The notes beneath the pieces are model-generated. The model searched no databases. It saw only the letters and a program-made list of their open reading frames with translations, and was not told the origin of the DNA. Below, piece by piece: positions 51,371 to 52,219 of a stretch of 52,219 nt of DNA; the first letter of the stretch is position 1, and every line of letters begins with the position of its first letter. Source of the DNA: Octopus bimaculoides (Eukaryota); assembly GCF_001194135.2 (NCBI RefSeq), contig NC_068985.1, positions 100,254,515-100,306,733 of the forward strand, in the 5' to 3' direction. The translations under genes were made by a program, and so were the position numbers.

Positions 51371-51668
51371 TTCACACATCCAATGCGAATAGATGCAGCT
51401 TCTGTTATTTTTAATCTTATTTCTTTTAAATCCTTTCATTCAGACACTCACACGCCGAAGTCCACGGAAGCGACCACCATTATTATTATTATGGTTTTAT
51501 TACTTTCAATGTTGTTTACATTTCTTGTCAAGTGTCTTCTCGACACGTAGAGTAAAGAAACTTACCGAATACACTGACAGGCCTTTGAAATAAGCACACC
51601 ATGTTTTTCAGTTACAAATTCATATGAAGTTATAAAAAAATGCATTTACATGGGTGATAATTGTTTTC

Positions 51669-51868
51669 TCAGCGACAATGCTCTCCTCAATACGTATGTC
51701 ATACAAACAAGCATATTTTGAGAATGATATCTGGTAAGCCAGTGATCATTCACAAATAATTTTCAGTTCCTTTTTTTGATTATTCCAAGTGTTCCTAGAA
51801 TCATTGGTATTGTAACCGCCTTAAGATGCCACATTTCTTCAATTTCAATGGGCAAATCTGTATACTTC
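51669..51868 (-). mobile_element. R4/Dong-clade RLE LINE C-terminal fragment (copy 3, old)
   Basis: KYTDLPIEIEEMWHLKAVTIPMILGTLGII...KGTENYL*MITGLP. Confidence 0.8.
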
Positions 51869-52219
51869 ATTATTATTATTATTGTTTTATGTTTGACTTT
51901 TGTTTTGCATTTGTACAAGTTGGATCCAAGTCTCACCCAGAGACCTCAAGAGACAACAAGTTAGAAGTTCATGTAGGTGTTATGCCTAGGGTACCATATA
52001 TTTGGATTTGTACAGTTTTGTTCAAGTGAATGTTTAAGAAACCATAAGAAAATTATGTGTTTGCTTTAAAATTTGAGATCACATAGACAGTATTTTACGT
52101 AGGATATGGGCAGTTCCCATGAGCACTATCTTTTGAACTTCAGCCATTTTGGGGTTTCCTGGAATCTGATCTAGGTAGTAATCAGCCCGTTTCGCTGTCA
52201 TTCCCAGGGCACCTATGAC
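51869..52219 (-). mobile_element. R4/Dong-clade RLE LINE 3' end with (AAT)n tail (copy 4, younger; continues beyond window)
   Basis: Uninterrupted VIGALGMTAKRADYYLDQIPGNPKMAEVQKIVLMGTAHILRKILSM* (stop 52079-52081), a ~195-bp 3' UTR and a tail at 51869-51883. Confidence 0.88.

Overview
Eukaryotic, AT-rich, repeat-dense draft-assembly window with 13 N-gaps (about 3.9 kb in total). The SINE families and the density of microsatellites look like an octopus (coleoid cephalopod) genome; this is an inference from remembered repeat consensus, not a database hit. No host protein-coding gene, rRNA, true tRNA or CRISPR array can be supported, and nearly all long ORFs in the track are microsatellite or N-run artefacts. 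What can be read is a layered record of transposable elements. (1) About 20 tRNA-derived SINE copies or fragments are built from interchangeable heads and tails, several with clear target-site duplications. (2) Two Penelope-like GIY-YIG remnants are present, one split by a hAT/Charlie-type MITE, plus three Penelope-LTR-like segments with a degenerate hammerhead-like skeleton. (3) There is a mariner transposase relic. (4) There is a rearranged, internally deleted Gypsy element with a PPT and a TG...CA LTR. (5) There is an RTE LINE lacking its RT domain. (6) Four R4/Dong-type restriction-like-endonuclease LINE fragments cluster at trinucleotide microsatellites in the last 4 kb. Several fold-back structures (104-bp-arm, 38-bp-arm and 27-bp-arm hairpins, inverted SINE pairs) are potential dsRNA sources. 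I did not find a demonstrably new biological system. The best leads are the microsatellite-associated RLE-LINE cluster, the modular SINE system and the hairpins.
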